Shown here one piece after another: positions 18,214-28,007 of a stretch of DNA of 34,185 nucleotides. Source of the stretch: a virus (Duplodnaviria > Caudoviricetes); IMG/VR virus record IMGVR_UViG_3300020556_000014, positions 1 to 34,185 of that record; one strand, 5' to 3'. The position numbers and the translations under genes were made by a program. The notes under the pieces are model-generated. The model worked only from the letters and a program-made list of their open reading frames with translations. It did not search any database and was not told the origin of the DNA. Numbering within the stretch: the stretch's first letter is position 1; each line of letters begins with the position of its first letter.

Positions 18214-18358
18214 TAGATTTAGCTCGTTCCTTTAAGTAAATCGTCATTGCTTCAAAAATACCTTCAGGGGCATCAAGTAATTCATTGGGTGAAATACCCG
18301 TTTCGCAGGCCACCGCAGCAACCGTATATGTCAGGCTGTTGCGGTGGATTCGAAAGAA
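18206..18358 (-). CDS. -1 frameshift extension of the tail assembly chaperone (gpGT-like)
   Basis: The -1 frame is open from 18358: FRIHRNSLTYTVAAVACETGISPNELLDAPEGIFEAMTIYLKERAKSNG. Confidence 0.7.
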   Translation of the reverse strand, partial: FFRIHRNSLTYTVAAVACETGISPNELLDAPEGIFEAMTIYLKERAKSNG

Positions 18359-18624
18359 CTATCAGCATCCAATTCGGCGTTTACGATTGAATCTAAATAC
18401 TCTGGGCCAAAAAGTTTTACGGGTGTTCCACCGTTATTTTGAGCATCAATCTGTTGGCATTTCCAAGCCAGCCAATAGATGTGTTCGACTTTTTGTTGCT
18501 CCCCAAGCAACTTAGGCATTCCTGCACCAAAGTTTTGTTCAAACGCAACAATTATGCGCGGTGTTAACTTATATGACTTTTCAACACCATCAATTGTTTT
18601 TACCTTAACTGCTAATCCATCCAT
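18331..18624 (-). CDS. tail assembly chaperone
   Basis: Between tail tube and tape measure genes; IVAFEQ.F...YWLAW pattern. Confidence 0.8.
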   Translation of the reverse strand: MDGLAVKVKTIDGVEKSYKLTPRIIVAFEQNFGAGMPKLLGEQQKVEHIYWLAWKCQQIDAQNNGGTPVKLFGPEYLDSIVNAELDADSSFESTATA

Positions 18625-18642
18625 CTTTTCCCCCTTAGTTGA

Positions 18643-19077
18643 TTACGGTGTGATTGATTTTGTAATTTGACCTGAGATAGGCCAAGTTGCACTAATTGTT
18701 GCAAGTTCGCCCACGGCACCTGATACCGCTTGCCATTCTGCCACAAGCGCGTTAAAGGTATATTTCGGATTGCTTGCGCTTACTGTTGTGTTAACTGGGC
18801 GAATTTCCATTGCCGCAACTAAACCAACAGTTCCATTTGTTGTTGTTGTGCCATTGATTAGTTCTTCAAGGGCATTGTCTGCGTAATCTTGATTAAACTC
18901 AATTGTGATTGAGTTATCAGCAAGGCCAGCAACGCGGGTGCGAGCTGCGCCTGTAGTTGAAATTCCAGTAGTGTCAATAACATCATAGCTCGTGCTTAAA
19001 CTTATTGAGGTCACATATTGAGAGATGTCATTGCTTGCGAACACCACATAGGCATTTGTTAAAACTAAGCGTGGCAT
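18643..19077 (-). CDS. major tail tube protein, paralog 2
   Basis: RTRVAGLAD..T.EFNQD...SNP.YTF...GAVGELAT...TWPISG. Confidence 0.85.
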   Translation of the reverse strand: MPRLVLTNAYVVFASNDISQYVTSISLSTSYDVIDTTGISTTGAARTRVAGLADNSITIEFNQDYADNALEELINGTTTTNGTVGLVAAMEIRPVNTTVSASNPKYTFNALVAEWQAVSGAVGELATISATWPISGQITKSITP

Positions 19078-19080
19078 ATA

Positions 19081-19500
19081 TTAAACCGCCTTCGTGATTA
19101 CGCCTGAGATGGGCCAAGTTGCACTAATTGTGGCCAACTCACCAACGGCGCCGGAAAGGGCTTGCCATTCGGCTACAACGGCTGAGAATGTGTAGCTAGG
19201 ATTGCTCGCACCAACTGCTGCTGATGTTGGCTTTACAACACAAGTTACATTTGTTCCAACAAGTGATGAACCAACTGCGTTAATTGTTACTTCAGGCGCA
19301 GATGTTGCAAAATCTTGATTGAACTCAAAGGTAACTGAATTATCAGCAAGTCCTGATTGGCGTGTACGCGCTCCAGCAGAACCCATCCCGGTAGTGTCAA
19401 CCACATCTTCGCTGGTGCTAAGGGCAACGCTCGTAATAAATTCAGAAAGATTGATGCCGTTGATTACAACTGAAGCATCTGTTAAGACTATACGGGCCAT
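19081..19500 (-). CDS. major tail tube protein, paralog 1
   Basis: Same motifs as 18643..19077. Confidence 0.85.
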   Translation of the reverse strand: MARIVLTDASVVINGINLSEFITSVALSTSEDVVDTTGMGSAGARTRQSGLADNSVTFEFNQDFATSAPEVTINAVGSSLVGTNVTCVVKPTSAAVGASNPSYTFSAVVAEWQALSGAVGELATISATWPISGVITKAV

Positions 19501-19668
19501 TTATTTTGTTTCCTCTACTGTTGCGGGTTTAGTTGTTGCGGTTTTTTTGAGATGCTCGCCTGTAATTAGTGCTTCAATGTTCAAGCCTGATTCAAGCAAT
19601 TCTTTTTCGGTGATTGAATCACCCTTTGTTTTGCCTTCAAAATTATCTGAAGTGATTGTGTAGCTCAT
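19501..19668 (-). CDS. small virion-module protein (55 aa)
   Basis: ATG 19668 with SD AGGAG; GDSIT..EL..G.NIEAL..G.HL. Confidence 0.65.
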   Translation of the reverse strand: MSYTITSDNFEGKTKGDSITEKELLESGLNIEALITGEHLKKTATTKPATVEETK

Positions 19669-19676
19669 TTTTCTCC

Positions 19677-20075
19677 TTATCCCCAAACGGTAATTCGGTA
19701 ACGGTACGAAAGAAATTCCATATCTCCAGCGGTATAACTTCCCGCTTCGGCTGATGTGACACGCAAAGTGTTACAAGCTCCACCAAGAGTTAGATCAGCT
19801 TCAATTGCTGCCTTGATTGAAAAATCCCCGCTGCCCGCAAGGTACTTATCAAGTTCATTTTGACCTGAACGCTCTGTGAAGCGTTGAACCAAAACAACAA
19901 CATCTAGGTTTGCCTGGTCAAGTCCACGGGCATTGTTTAAGTCAAATGTAAAGTCCAACTGGCCAACGATGGCTGCTGGGGCAACTGGCACCGTAGGAAT
20001 TAGCTCGTAAGTACGCATCCCTTTAATTGCCTCTAGGTTGGCTTTTAAGCCGTTTCTAACCTCACTTGGTAGCAT
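19677..20075 (-). CDS. tail terminator-like protein
   Basis: Position after the head-tail adaptor; SIKAAIEADLTLGG motif. Confidence 0.7.
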   Translation of the reverse strand: MLPSEVRNGLKANLEAIKGMRTYELIPTVPVAPAAIVGQLDFTFDLNNARGLDQANLDVVVLVQRFTERSGQNELDKYLAGSGDFSIKAAIEADLTLGGACNTLRVTSAEAGSYTAGDMEFLSYRYRITVWG

Positions 20076-20683
20076 TATACCGCCAAGCCGTTGTTCTTGC
20101 GTAGGGGGCGCAGGAGTGCCTCAACATCAGCATCTAACTTGGCAGCCAAACGCACTGTTCCTAAATCTGTATTACCAGCAATTCCAAATGGTGACTGGTT
20201 ACGCAGGAACAGGCGAGAGGCTTGAATCTTTGCTGCGGTCTTTACTTCGTATGGCACCGCTGACCATCCAAAAACGCCCTTAACCCGTATGGATTGAGGC
20301 AGGTTAAATGGGAAAACATAAGAGCCAACTGCTAACAGGCGGCTCATTGGCCACCCACGGGAAGGATTATTGACGGGTTCAAACATCGCATCGTCTGCGG
20401 TCCACACTGTAAGGTACAAGCGGTCAAAGTTGTCATCGGTTGCGATCTCGCTAATGCTTACAAAATCATCAACAGGTTGAATGTAGTAATCGGTTGGCGT
20501 GTAATAGCGGGTTGCTGGCAATAACTCAGTGCCATCCTTGTAAAAGAAACGGCCACAATAATCATCTATCTGGCGTGAAGCGGTAGCAATTGCCATTTCA
20601 AGAGCTGCGTTATCAATCGAATCTTCAAGATTGAGTGCATCCTTAACTTCATTCAGGGTTACATACCCGTTAGTGATCGCCAC
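20075..20683 (-). CDS. head-to-tail adaptor
   Basis: YVTL.EVK..L...ASRQID.YCGR.F, GWSAVP..VK.A, D.DVEALL.P. Confidence 0.85.
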   Translation of the reverse strand: MAITNGYVTLNEVKDALNLEDSIDNAALEMAIATASRQIDDYCGRFFYKDGTELLPATRYYTPTDYYIQPVDDFVSISEIATDDNFDRLYLTVWTADDAMFEPVNNPSRGWPMSRLLAVGSYVFPFNLPQSIRVKGVFGWSAVPYEVKTAAKIQASRLFLRNQSPFGIAGNTDLGTVRLAAKLDADVEALLRPLRKNNGLAV

Positions 20684-20795
20684 GCGTGGTTCTCGTTTCT
20701 ACTTTGGGAAGCATTGCGCGTTCCAATTGCGGAACGGCGGTAGCGGTTTCCTTTAATTTTACCTTAATTCTTAAAATTCTTTTTATGCGTTCCAT
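20670..20795 (-). CDS. small basic protein (41 aa)
   Basis: MERIKRILRIKVKIKETATAVPQLERAMLPK...; overlaps both neighbours. Confidence 0.55.
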   Translation of the reverse strand: MERIKRILRIKVKLKETATAVPQLERAMLPKVETRTTRGDH

Positions 20796-21460
20796 ATATC
20801 GTGCTGCCTATCATCTAACCAATAGCTCTTTGAGTGAGGCAGTATCGCGCCTGTATTCACATAGATTGGAAAACCAAGTGAACGAACACGGCGGCAAAAT
20901 TGTAAATCCTCGCCAATCCATTCACCGTTGATAGGTCCATCCCAAAACCAACACCAATCCTGCCCTTGGTGTGGGTCGGCATCTGCTCTGATTGCTTCCA
21001 ACACGCTGCGGTGGATTAGTAAACATCCAGTGCCTGCGGCATCTACTTGGAAAATTGAATCTTTATCGTACTTGTTAAGTGGCAAAAAGCCTTCAGGAGC
21101 ATCTTGAAAAATTGTTGGCACTGGTTGCGGGTATGGATAACCTGTTTCAAAACTAGCAAATACCAACCCTGCTACAACTGGGCGTTCTTTATCGTGTGCG
21201 GTTTCAATTAACTTATCAAATGCTTCAACGGATAGTTGCTCATCTGAATCCATCATTAGTAACCAATCGGATTTAGTTTCTAAAAATTGCTTAACTAAAC
21301 GATTGCGTTGCTTTGAAAGTAAACCTGAACCCTTAATTCTAATGAATGGGCCAAGGCGTGCTGATCTTGATTGAGCAACTTGAATTAAACTAAATGCAAA
21401 CCCGCCGTTAACTGTTCCTGGGTCGCAACTGCCAATTGAAACTTTATGTGCTGATTTCAT
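20783..21460 (-). CDS. GT-A fold glycosyltransferase
   Basis: RN.LV..FL...WLLMMDSD (DxD), GTGCLLIHRSV, GEDLQFC.R. Confidence 0.88.
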   Translation of the reverse strand: MKSAHKVSIGSCDPGTVNGGFAFSLIQVAQSRSARLGPFIRIKGSGLLSKQRNRLVKQFLETKSDWLLMMDSDEQLSVEAFDKLIETAHDKERPVVAGLVFASFETGYPYPQPVPTIFQDAPEGFLPLNKYDKDSIFQVDAAGTGCLLIHRSVLEAIRADADPHQGQDWCWFWDGPINGEWIGEDLQFCRRVRSLGFPIYVNTGAILPHSKSYWLDDRQHDIWNA

Positions 21461-21484
21461 AGATTCCCCCGAATCGTTTAAGAA

Positions 21485-21526
21485 GTAAGAGGCGGGTTAG
21501 CCGGGGGAGAAAAACCCGCCTCTTAC
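21485..21526 (-). terminator. hairpin/terminator after the major capsid gene
   Basis: 14-bp perfect stem GTAAGAGGCGGGTT/AACCCGCCTCTTAC followed by TTCTT on the minus strand. Confidence 0.75.
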
Positions 21527-21543
21527 AATTTGTTAACTTTGGA

Positions 21544-22896
21544 TTAGAAAGTTGGAGCTACTAAACCAGTACCGCTAATGATTGAAGCGGCCTTTGGATA
21601 ACGCTCAGCAGAGAAAGCACCAAATCCGTAAACAACGGACTTGATTGTGAGAGTCGAGGCACCAGTTGCATCAAATGACAATGCGAATGGTGAACCTGGT
21701 TGCTCCCAAAGGTGCATTTCAGGTGCTGCTACGCAGTAGATTTCATCCTGATTTGTTGCGGCACCGTAAGCGGTTCCAACATTTGCATCAGAGATGATTG
21801 GCAAACCAAGCATTTGATAGCCAGTGTTTGCGTATGCTGCAACGCCTGCGCCTACACCTGATGCGTTCATTGGACCGTTAGCAGTTGGAACTACTAATGG
21901 GCGGCCTGAAGTATCAACTGCTGCTAACAAGAATGCTAGACGGCGTGGGTGCATAATCCAGTGTGTAGGTGTTTCAAACACATTTGACTGAATTTGCTGA
22001 ATTGCATCAGCTAGTTTTGGATATAGCAAAGCAACTGTTGGTGTTGTTGCTGTGAATGTGATTGCGTTTCCACCTGAATTGCGGATTCCCTTGAACTGGC
22101 CGTTTGAGCCTGTTCCGTTTAGAACCTGAGCATCAACTGTTGTGTGCCAAGAACGGATTAGGTCAGCAACAACGAATGTGTCAATGCCTGTTCCGCGCTC
22201 GATCGCCTGGCGTGATAGGTCCTGTTGTCCGGCGATAGTCCGGACAGGAATTGATAGCAATGTATCATCGGCATCAGTTTCTGAAACTGCAGTGTTCTGA
22301 GTTTCTTGAACTGCTGTTGATGTGCCTGTGGTCATACGGCTAATTTCTAGCGACATACCGGCTACTGGAAGTGTGTGCTTCGCAGTTGCGAAGTCAGCCG
22401 CCGGACGGCCCGCTCTAGCAAATGGTGCAGCTAGGTCCACTAAATACTGGGGAACAACTAAACCAGCGAAGTTTGATGTGTCAACATCGCGGCGCTCAAT
22501 TGATTCTTCCTTTGTGTGGCGAGCAAGGCGCTCTTGTGCGTTGTAATCTCCGCGAACCTGTGCGTTGAATACATCCTTAACGAATGAAGCGCCAGCCTCT
22601 GGTGAGTATGTGCGAGCTTCGCGTGTAACTGTTGCTCCACCAACGCGTGGTGTGATTACTGCTGCAACTGATGAGCGCATTTCTGCAACCTTTGCATCTG
22701 CTGCTGCCTGTGTTGTGAACTTTTCAATCTTTGCATCTAGTGCGCGTGACTCTTCAACGAGAGCATCAACCTTTTCGGTTTCCTCTGCAGTAAGATCGGT
22801 GCGTGATTCTGCGGCTACTGCCTCAAGAACTGCATCCATTTCTGACTTCACTGCATCACGGCGCTCAAGAGCAACATCAAGATATGACTTTGACAT
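21544..22896 (-). CDS. major capsid protein (HK97 fold, N-terminal coiled-coil delta domain)
   Basis: GLVVPQY, SRQAIE, LNGTG..GQ..GI, WIMHPR, LGLPII; synteny. Confidence 0.95.
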   Translation of the reverse strand: MSKSYLDVALERRDAVKSEMDAVLEAVAAESRTDLTAEETEKVDALVEESRALDAKIEKFTTQAAADAKVAEMRSSVAAVITPRVGGATVTREARTYSPEAGASFVKDVFNAQVRGDYNAQERLARHTKEESIERRDVDTSNFAGLVVPQYLVDLAAPFARAGRPAADFATAKHTLPVAGMSLEISRMTTGTSTAVQETQNTAVSETDADDTLLSIPVRTIAGQQDLSRQAIERGTGIDTFVVADLIRSWHTTVDAQVLNGTGSNGQFKGIRNSGGNAITFTATTPTVALLYPKLADAIQQIQSNVFETPTHWIMHPRRLAFLLAAVDTSGRPLVVPTANGPMNASGVGAGVAAYANTGYQMLGLPIISDANVGTAYGAATNQDEIYCVAAPEMHLWEQPGSPFALSFDATGASTLTIKSVVYGFGAFSAERYPKAASIISGTGLVAPTF

Positions 22897-23008
22897 TATT
22901 TCTCCAATGAGTTTTGTAATTGTTTTGAGGTGGTGGCGATGCTTTCCACGGCGCTTTTAGGGTGTGGGATTCGCTCCGACTTCGATCTGCTACTTGTGCA
23001 GCAGAAAC

Positions 23009-23953
23009 TTATTTTGTGTTGTTGATAATTGCTTTGGCTAAGCGCAGGGAAATTGAACGCGCTGGCACATCTGTTGGCTCTAACTCAATTTCAGGTTCTT
23101 CAACTTCAACAGTTGGCTCTAATGTGTTAAGCCCAAGCAAAACTTCAAGCATTGTTTTTCCTTCTTCAAGGCTGTCATAAGAATCAGATACCTTTTCAAG
23201 AATTGAATTGATAACAAGAGTTGATTCGCCATCTAATGCGCGACCTTCTTTAATTGCTTCCATTGCGTTTTTAATTGCCTCTCTTGCTTCAACTGAGGTG
23301 GTTGGGTAGGCCGGATAAGTAACCACGCTGACATCGCCGTCAGCCAATGAAACTTCGGTAAGCGTGCGAGTTGAGCGATCTTCGCTCCACTTTTGGCGAA
23401 TCACGCGGAAAGCAAAACTCATTTGGTCAACATCTCCGCGCTCAACTAATTTGTAAAGGTCGCGGCCTTCTGTTGTGTCTGCAATAACTGCATCCATAAA
23501 TAAACCGCGCCCATCTTCGCTCAAAGTTAATGTGCCATTCTTTGTGCGAGCTAATGGCAAACCTTCGTGATTGATAAGCAAGCGAACATCAGGTGTTTCG
23601 CTTAATGTTTTGCGGAAAGCGCCTGGGGCGATAGTTTCCTTAAATGGCAGGGGAACGCTGGCATCATTGAACACTGCTGCGTAACCACGCAACCGCATTG
23701 TTCCATCCTCTGCCTGGCGTGCTTCAACATCTTGAACCGTAAATGTACGGCGTTCAATTTCTTTCACTTTGCTCCTTGAGTTAACTTCCCCGCCTGGTTC
23801 CATATCTTCAGAGATTGAAACCGCAACCATTTGATCTATTGCTTCTTGCTTTGTATCGTGACACGCAAGCGTTGTATAAGAACCATCTGTTTCTTGCTTT
23901 ACTGTTGCCCATCCTGAACAATCAGTTTGTTTATCGCTAATAAAGTAAGGCAT
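23009..23953 (-). CDS. HK97-family prohead protease with N-terminal extension
   Basis: GYAAVF, E.IAPGAF, LLINH, MSFAF, DVSVVTYPAY. Confidence 0.95.
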   Translation of the reverse strand: MPYFISDKQTDCSGWATVKQETDGSYTTLACHDTKQEAIDQMVAVSISEDMEPGGEVNSRSKVKEIERRTFTVQDVEARQAEDGTMRLRGYAAVFNDASVPLPFKETIAPGAFRKTLSETPDVRLLINHEGLPLARTKNGTLTLSEDGRGLFMDAVIADTTEGRDLYKLVERGDVDQMSFAFRVIRQKWSEDRSTRTLTEVSLADGDVSVVTYPAYPTTSVEAREAIKNAMEAIKEGRALDGESTLVINSILEKVSDSYDSLEEGKTMLEVLLGLNTLEPTVEVEEPEIELEPTDVPARSISLRLAKAIINNTK

Positions 23954-25347
23954 TACTTAACCTCATAAACTGCAGTTGGGTCGGCTGGGTCAATTGTTGA
24001 AATCTGTTGTAGCTGACTTGATGGAACTCCTGTGTGCTTCATATCAGGTAAGCCAACTGCCTTTGTTACTGCTGCAGGGTCAAAGCCAACTTGAATCAAT
24101 GCGGCAGCAATTTCGGTGCGCAGCTTGAGGCCAACATCCTTGGCATCTGTTGCATCAATGTTTTGTAATGGCACGCGGTATTGATCGCCGCTTTCAATTG
24201 GCGCCATATCTTCGTAGGCGTGAACATCGTTGAGTGAAAGGAAACCTTCGCGCAATCCCTTAGTGTAGGCATCATAACGCTCAAGAGTTGTGCCACGAAG
24301 TAGCGCATCAAGGTTGAATCGAATAAAACCGTCAGGTTCAGGTAACAATGTTGAAAGAGATTGTTCAATTCGCTCCAAGATTGGGCGCAATGAGTGCTGA
24401 ACAAATGAAAGATTCTGCGCTTCAACTGAGGCAAATGACATCGCACCGGCAACAGGGTGACCTAAAAGGCTAAGCGGAACGCGAAAAATTCGGGCAATTT
24501 CTTCCACTGAGAACCGGCGTGTGTCTAATAGCTGGGCATCCTGGGCGTTAATCTGTAGCGGTTGGAAACTCGCACCGCCCGAAAGGATGCCAATCTTGCC
24601 AGCGCGGTAAGGACCAGTGTGTGTGAGGTTCCAATCACGGCCAATATCTTGTGCCTGTTCTTCAGTTAGCTCGCCGGGAACTTCAATGACACCGCCAGGG
24701 TTAGCAGCGTTGCCAAAATAAGAGGCGGCATAAACATCGGCTGCCATTGCTGCGCCAAGTGTGGTGCGGCAGGCGGCGATAGGTGAAAGCCCGTAACGCT
24801 GACCTGGCAAACGAAAATCAGGAATGTGTAAAAGTTCTTTATCAGTTAGGCGTTCTTCATATACGCCTTGTGTATCTCTAACCTTTACATAATAAATTAA
24901 AGGCTCGCCTACTCTTGGGCGCTCAATGCGCACGCCAACTGGGTCAAGCACATAAAGCTCTTGAACATCGCCTAGTTCATCGCGCATTGTTAAAATGTAA
25001 GCGTTGCCTTCAAGTTTGAATGAAGTAACAATTTGCTCATAAAACTCAAGGCGTGTTGTTTCAGGGTTTGGGCGTGACACCCAAGCTGGTTGATCGCCAT
25101 AAATTGTTGAGTATGGCAAGCGGTTACGGCCACGGCGCACATAAGCACCAACTGGCAAAGATGAAACTGTGTCTGCCAATAGGCGAACGCAAGAATAAAC
25201 TGTGGACATCCGAATTGCAGTTTCTGAATCTACAGTCACGCCAGCAAGAGATTGAAATTGTGGGCGCCCTGGAATCAATGGTTCGACATATTGATTGTTG
25301 GCAGATCGCTTTGAACCTGACCCCGCCAAACGCTTTGATAAACTCAT
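23953..25347 (-). CDS. HK97-family portal protein
   Basis: VYSCVRLLA..VSSLP, GNAY, GLSPI, EIARIFRVP. Confidence 0.96.
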   Translation of the reverse strand: MSLSKRLAGSGSKRSANNQYVEPLIPGRPQFQSLAGVTVDSETAIRMSTVYSCVRLLADTVSSLPVGAYVRRGRNRLPYSTIYGDQPAWVSRPNPETTRLEFYEQIVTSFKLEGNAYILTMRDELGDVQELYVLDPVGVRIERPRVGEPLIYYVKVRDTQGVYEERLTDKELLHIPDFRLPGQRYGLSPIAACRTTLGAAMAADVYAASYFGNAANPGGVIEVPGELTEEQAQDIGRDWNLTHTGPYRAGKIGILSGGASFQPLQINAQDAQLLDTRRFSVEEIARIFRVPLSLLGHPVAGAMSFASVEAQNLSFVQHSLRPILERIEQSLSTLLPEPDGFIRFNLDALLRGTTLERYDAYTKGLREGFLSLNDVHAYEDMAPIESGDQYRVPLQNIDATDAKDVGLKLRTEIAAALIQVGFDPAAVTKAVGLPDMKHTGVPSSQLQQISTIDPADPTAVYEVK

Positions 25348-25487
25348 TAGTTAGCCTTCTCTGTAATCCATACTAGAAAAATACCCGCAACAACTAAAGC
25401 AAGTGGAACTGAAATCATTGCAAGTCCAGTTGTAACCAGTGTTACCCCAACAATTTCTACTGCAACTGATAAATCAATCTTCTTCAT
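25347..25487 (-). CDS. small two-TM membrane protein (46 aa)
   Basis: Manual translation MKKIDLSVAVEIVGVTLVTTGLAMISVPLALVVAGIFLVW...; SD GGGAG; between terL and portal. Confidence 0.7.
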   Translation of the reverse strand: MKKIDLSVAVEIVGVTLVTTGLAMISVPLALVVAGIFLVWITEKAN

Positions 25488-25495
25488 TTTGCTCC

Positions 25496-27019
25496 CTATA
25501 CCTGAATTGAAAAGAATCTAGCCACTGGTGCAGGTGGTTCAGCCGGTTGTGTTGCGCGGTCATATCCAAAAATGGAAGCAACGGCGGCATCTACCTTGCG
25601 GCGTGAACTTGCTTTAGCAACCATAACTCCGCGAGATGATTGCTTTGTCACGCAGTTTGCGATGTGTCTAGCAAGTGCGGGGTTACCATCGTGAGTAAAC
25701 GATTGGTTCACAACTGCTTCGTAGAATTTTTGCGTGGCGGGAACCATTCGTTCAGCAGAGTTCGGATAGCTGACAACGGGAAGCCCTGCCTCATCCAATA
25801 CCATAAAAGTTCGCTGCCAACGGGCGGGGTCAAAGACAATTTCTTTGACACTGAATCTTTCATCTCTGAAGGTGGCAATGATTGTTTCTTCAACTTCGGC
25901 AACGGGGATGTGCCAATCTTGTTCGGCATCATCTGGCCTTTCCCATAAACCAACAACCATCAAATGCGGCTTATCGCCACCAAGCAACCAAGCAACAAGT
26001 GCCGTTGAGTCATTTGAAAACGCACCATCAAAGGCAAGAATTACATCTTCGCCAATTTCAGGGTAACGATCTTGGTCCTCTAACGCTTCCCAAGCACCTG
26101 TTGGCAACCAAGCCACCGAAGTATTTACAAAACAATTAAGGCGCTTGGTTCTAAACTCAGCTTCAGGTGTTCGCAAAACTGCCGAACGCATCTCATCTAA
26201 GTCGGTAATGTCACCAAGGCCAGGGTTTGCTTGAGGCCAAAGTTCTTCGTTGCGGTGATCGCCTTCAGGCTTCTCAGGTTCCCACCAAGCAAAGAAAAAT
26301 GATTGATCTTTCTTTTCTTCTTTAATTATTTGCTGCCCGTATTGATAGAGTGAGTAGCAAAGAGAATCTTGGCCGTTGCTTTGTGACTTAATGCCCGCAG
26401 TTGTAATACCTAAAAGCAAAGAATCCTCACGCGCACCACCGGCAAGTGAAAGCACATTCCACAATTCCCAGCTAGGTTGGGCGTGAACTTCATCAAAGAT
26501 AACAAGCGGGGAAGGGTTCAAACCTTCTTTGGAATACGCTTCAGCAGAAAGCACTCGATAAACTGAACCCTTATCTTTGAATTCAATCGCATCGCGGTAA
26601 AGCGTGAACATAGATGAAAGCTCTTCATCCATCTCAATCATTCGCTTGGCAGTGCCAAAAACAATTCGCGCTTGTTCCTTATCGGCTGCGCAAGAATAAA
26701 TTTCCGAACCGTTACCGCCCAAGGTCAAACCTGCCAAGCCGATTGAAGCGCCAAGTGCTGACTTGCCTGACTTACGCGCCATCCCAATCAGGGCGGTGCG
26801 GTGGCGAAAGCGCCCGTCATCGCGGCGGGCAAGGGCGTGGTTTAACAATTCCTTTTGCCAATCGCGCAAGACAAGCAACTTGCCCGCAGGCGAGCCAACT
26901 GAATCTTTAGTCACTCGGCAAACCGCTTCAGTAAAGTTGGCATAGAGCGGGCCATCGCCGCGTTCACGATCTTTAATCGGAACAGGCGTGAGCCATTTAG
27001 GGGGCCAAGAATTAGTCAC
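25496..27019 (-). CDS. terL: terminase large subunit
   Basis: Walker A ARKSGKS, Walker B VIFDEVH, ITTAG, nuclease FDG...DSTA, KVDAAVA. Confidence 0.97.
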   Translation of the reverse strand: MTNSWPPKWLTPVPIKDRERGDGPLYANFTEAVCRVTKDSVGSPAGKLLVLRDWQKELLNHALARRDDGRFRHRTALIGMARKSGKSALGASIGLAGLTLGGNGSEIYSCAADKEQARIVFGTAKRMIEMDEELSSMFTLYRDAIEFKDKGSVYRVLSAEAYSKEGLNPSPLVIFDEVHAQPSWELWNVLSLAGGAREDSLLLGITTAGIKSQSNGQDSLCYSLYQYGQQIIKEEKKDQSFFFAWWEPEKPEGDHRNEELWPQANPGLGDITDLDEMRSAVLRTPEAEFRTKRLNCFVNTSVAWLPTGAWEALEDQDRYPEIGEDVILAFDGAFSNDSTALVAWLLGGDKPHLMVVGLWERPDDAEQDWHIPVAEVEETIIATFRDERFSVKEIVFDPARWQRTFMVLDEAGLPVVSYPNSAERMVPATQKFYEAVVNQSFTHDGNPALARHIANCVTKQSSRGVMVAKASSRRKVDAAVASIFGYDRATQPAEPPAPVARFFSIQV

Positions 27020-27483
27020 TTAGACTTTTGCTGCTCTAACAACTGAGCTAACTTGCCCTTTGTTGTTACTTCAGCAACCCCCAACTTACTGCGATCAACT
27101 GGCGTTAAGCCAAGCAATGAAAGCAATTTTACAATGTCATTCTCAACTGTGTTTAACATTCCAAACAACGGGTTGGCATAGGCGTAGCCCTTGTCGGTAA
27201 AAAGCACATAGTCCGTAGCAGCTAGTTTCTCTTTTAGCTCGTACTTCTTATCCATCTTTTCACAAAGTTCAATAAGCAATTTGGCATCGGTGTTAGCAAT
27301 CCAGGGTGCCATTGATCGAACATCTGCCCACATCTTTTGGCCAGCATCGCTAAGGTGTAGCGGCGCATCGCCTTTGATTGCTGGCAACGCAATCACATTC
27401 TTTAGGTCAGGCAATGAACGCTTGCCTGGGTTTCCGTTCTTACGCTTTTGTTCTACCGGCTTTGGTGGTCTGCCTGCTGTCAT
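27016..27483 (-). CDS. terS: terminase small subunit (P27 family)
   Basis: GRPPKP...GNPGKR, P.HLS, NP, LGLTP..RS. Confidence 0.92.
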   Translation of the reverse strand: MTAGRPPKPVEQKRKNGNPGKRSLPDLKNVIALPAIKGDAPLHLSDAGQKMWADVRSMAPWIANTDAKLLIELCEKMDKKYELKEKLAATDYVLFTDKGYAYANPLFGMLNTVENDIVKLLSLLGLTPVDRSKLGVAEVTTKGKLAQLLEQQKSK

Positions 27484-27492
27484 TTGTTCCTT

Positions 27493-27891
27493 TCATAAAT
27501 CCACCGCCCCCGGTAGATGAACCGCCTGCGCGATTGGTAAAAAGCCAACGGCTTTTTCAACCAGCTGCGCATTGCCAAAATCTGTTGTCGCAGGCATCGG
27601 GTGATTTTCCCAAGTGACTTGAACCTTATGCAAGTTGAACGCATAGATTCCCTGCGGTGTTGCGTTGATGTAGCAAGGAGCAAAGCCTATTTCATCAGCT
27701 CGCTCAACTAGCGCATCAAACTTCTTTTTCTCAATTAGTAAATCGTCATAGTGAGTTCGCCGGCACTTGAGTTCAATGTGCAGTTTGGCAAACTCGGATT
27801 CGCAATCAAAGCGCGAAAATTGCTTGGCGCTCTTTTTCAAATCAGGCAAAAAACTTTTGCGCAAAATCTCAAACAGTTCTAATTCGGACAT
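27493..27891 (-). CDS. PD-(D/E)xK-like nuclease
   Basis: ATG 27891 with GGGGG SD; SRFDC...IELKCR..HY..LLIE..K. Confidence 0.7.
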   Translation of the reverse strand: MSELELFEILRKSFLPDLKKSAKQFSRFDCESEFAKLHIELKCRRTHYDDLLIEKKKFDALVERADEIGFAPCYINATPQGIYAFNLHKVQVTWENHPMPATTDFGNAQLVEKAVGFLPIAQAVHLPGAVDL

Positions 27892-28007
27892 TTGGTACAA
27901 ACCCCCCAAATTCAATTTCGCGGAAAGATGCGCGGTGAGGGCATCGGGGTGTCTATCGTCTAAAACAAGCGTAAATATACCCCGTACCCGATAGTGCCAC
28001 GGGGGGG
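27892..28007. other. candidate cos/packaging region
   Basis: Non-coding gap after the HNH gene and before the terminase block, with G/C runs and imperfect inverted repeat GGGTACGGGGT...ACCCCGATGCCC. Confidence 0.45.
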
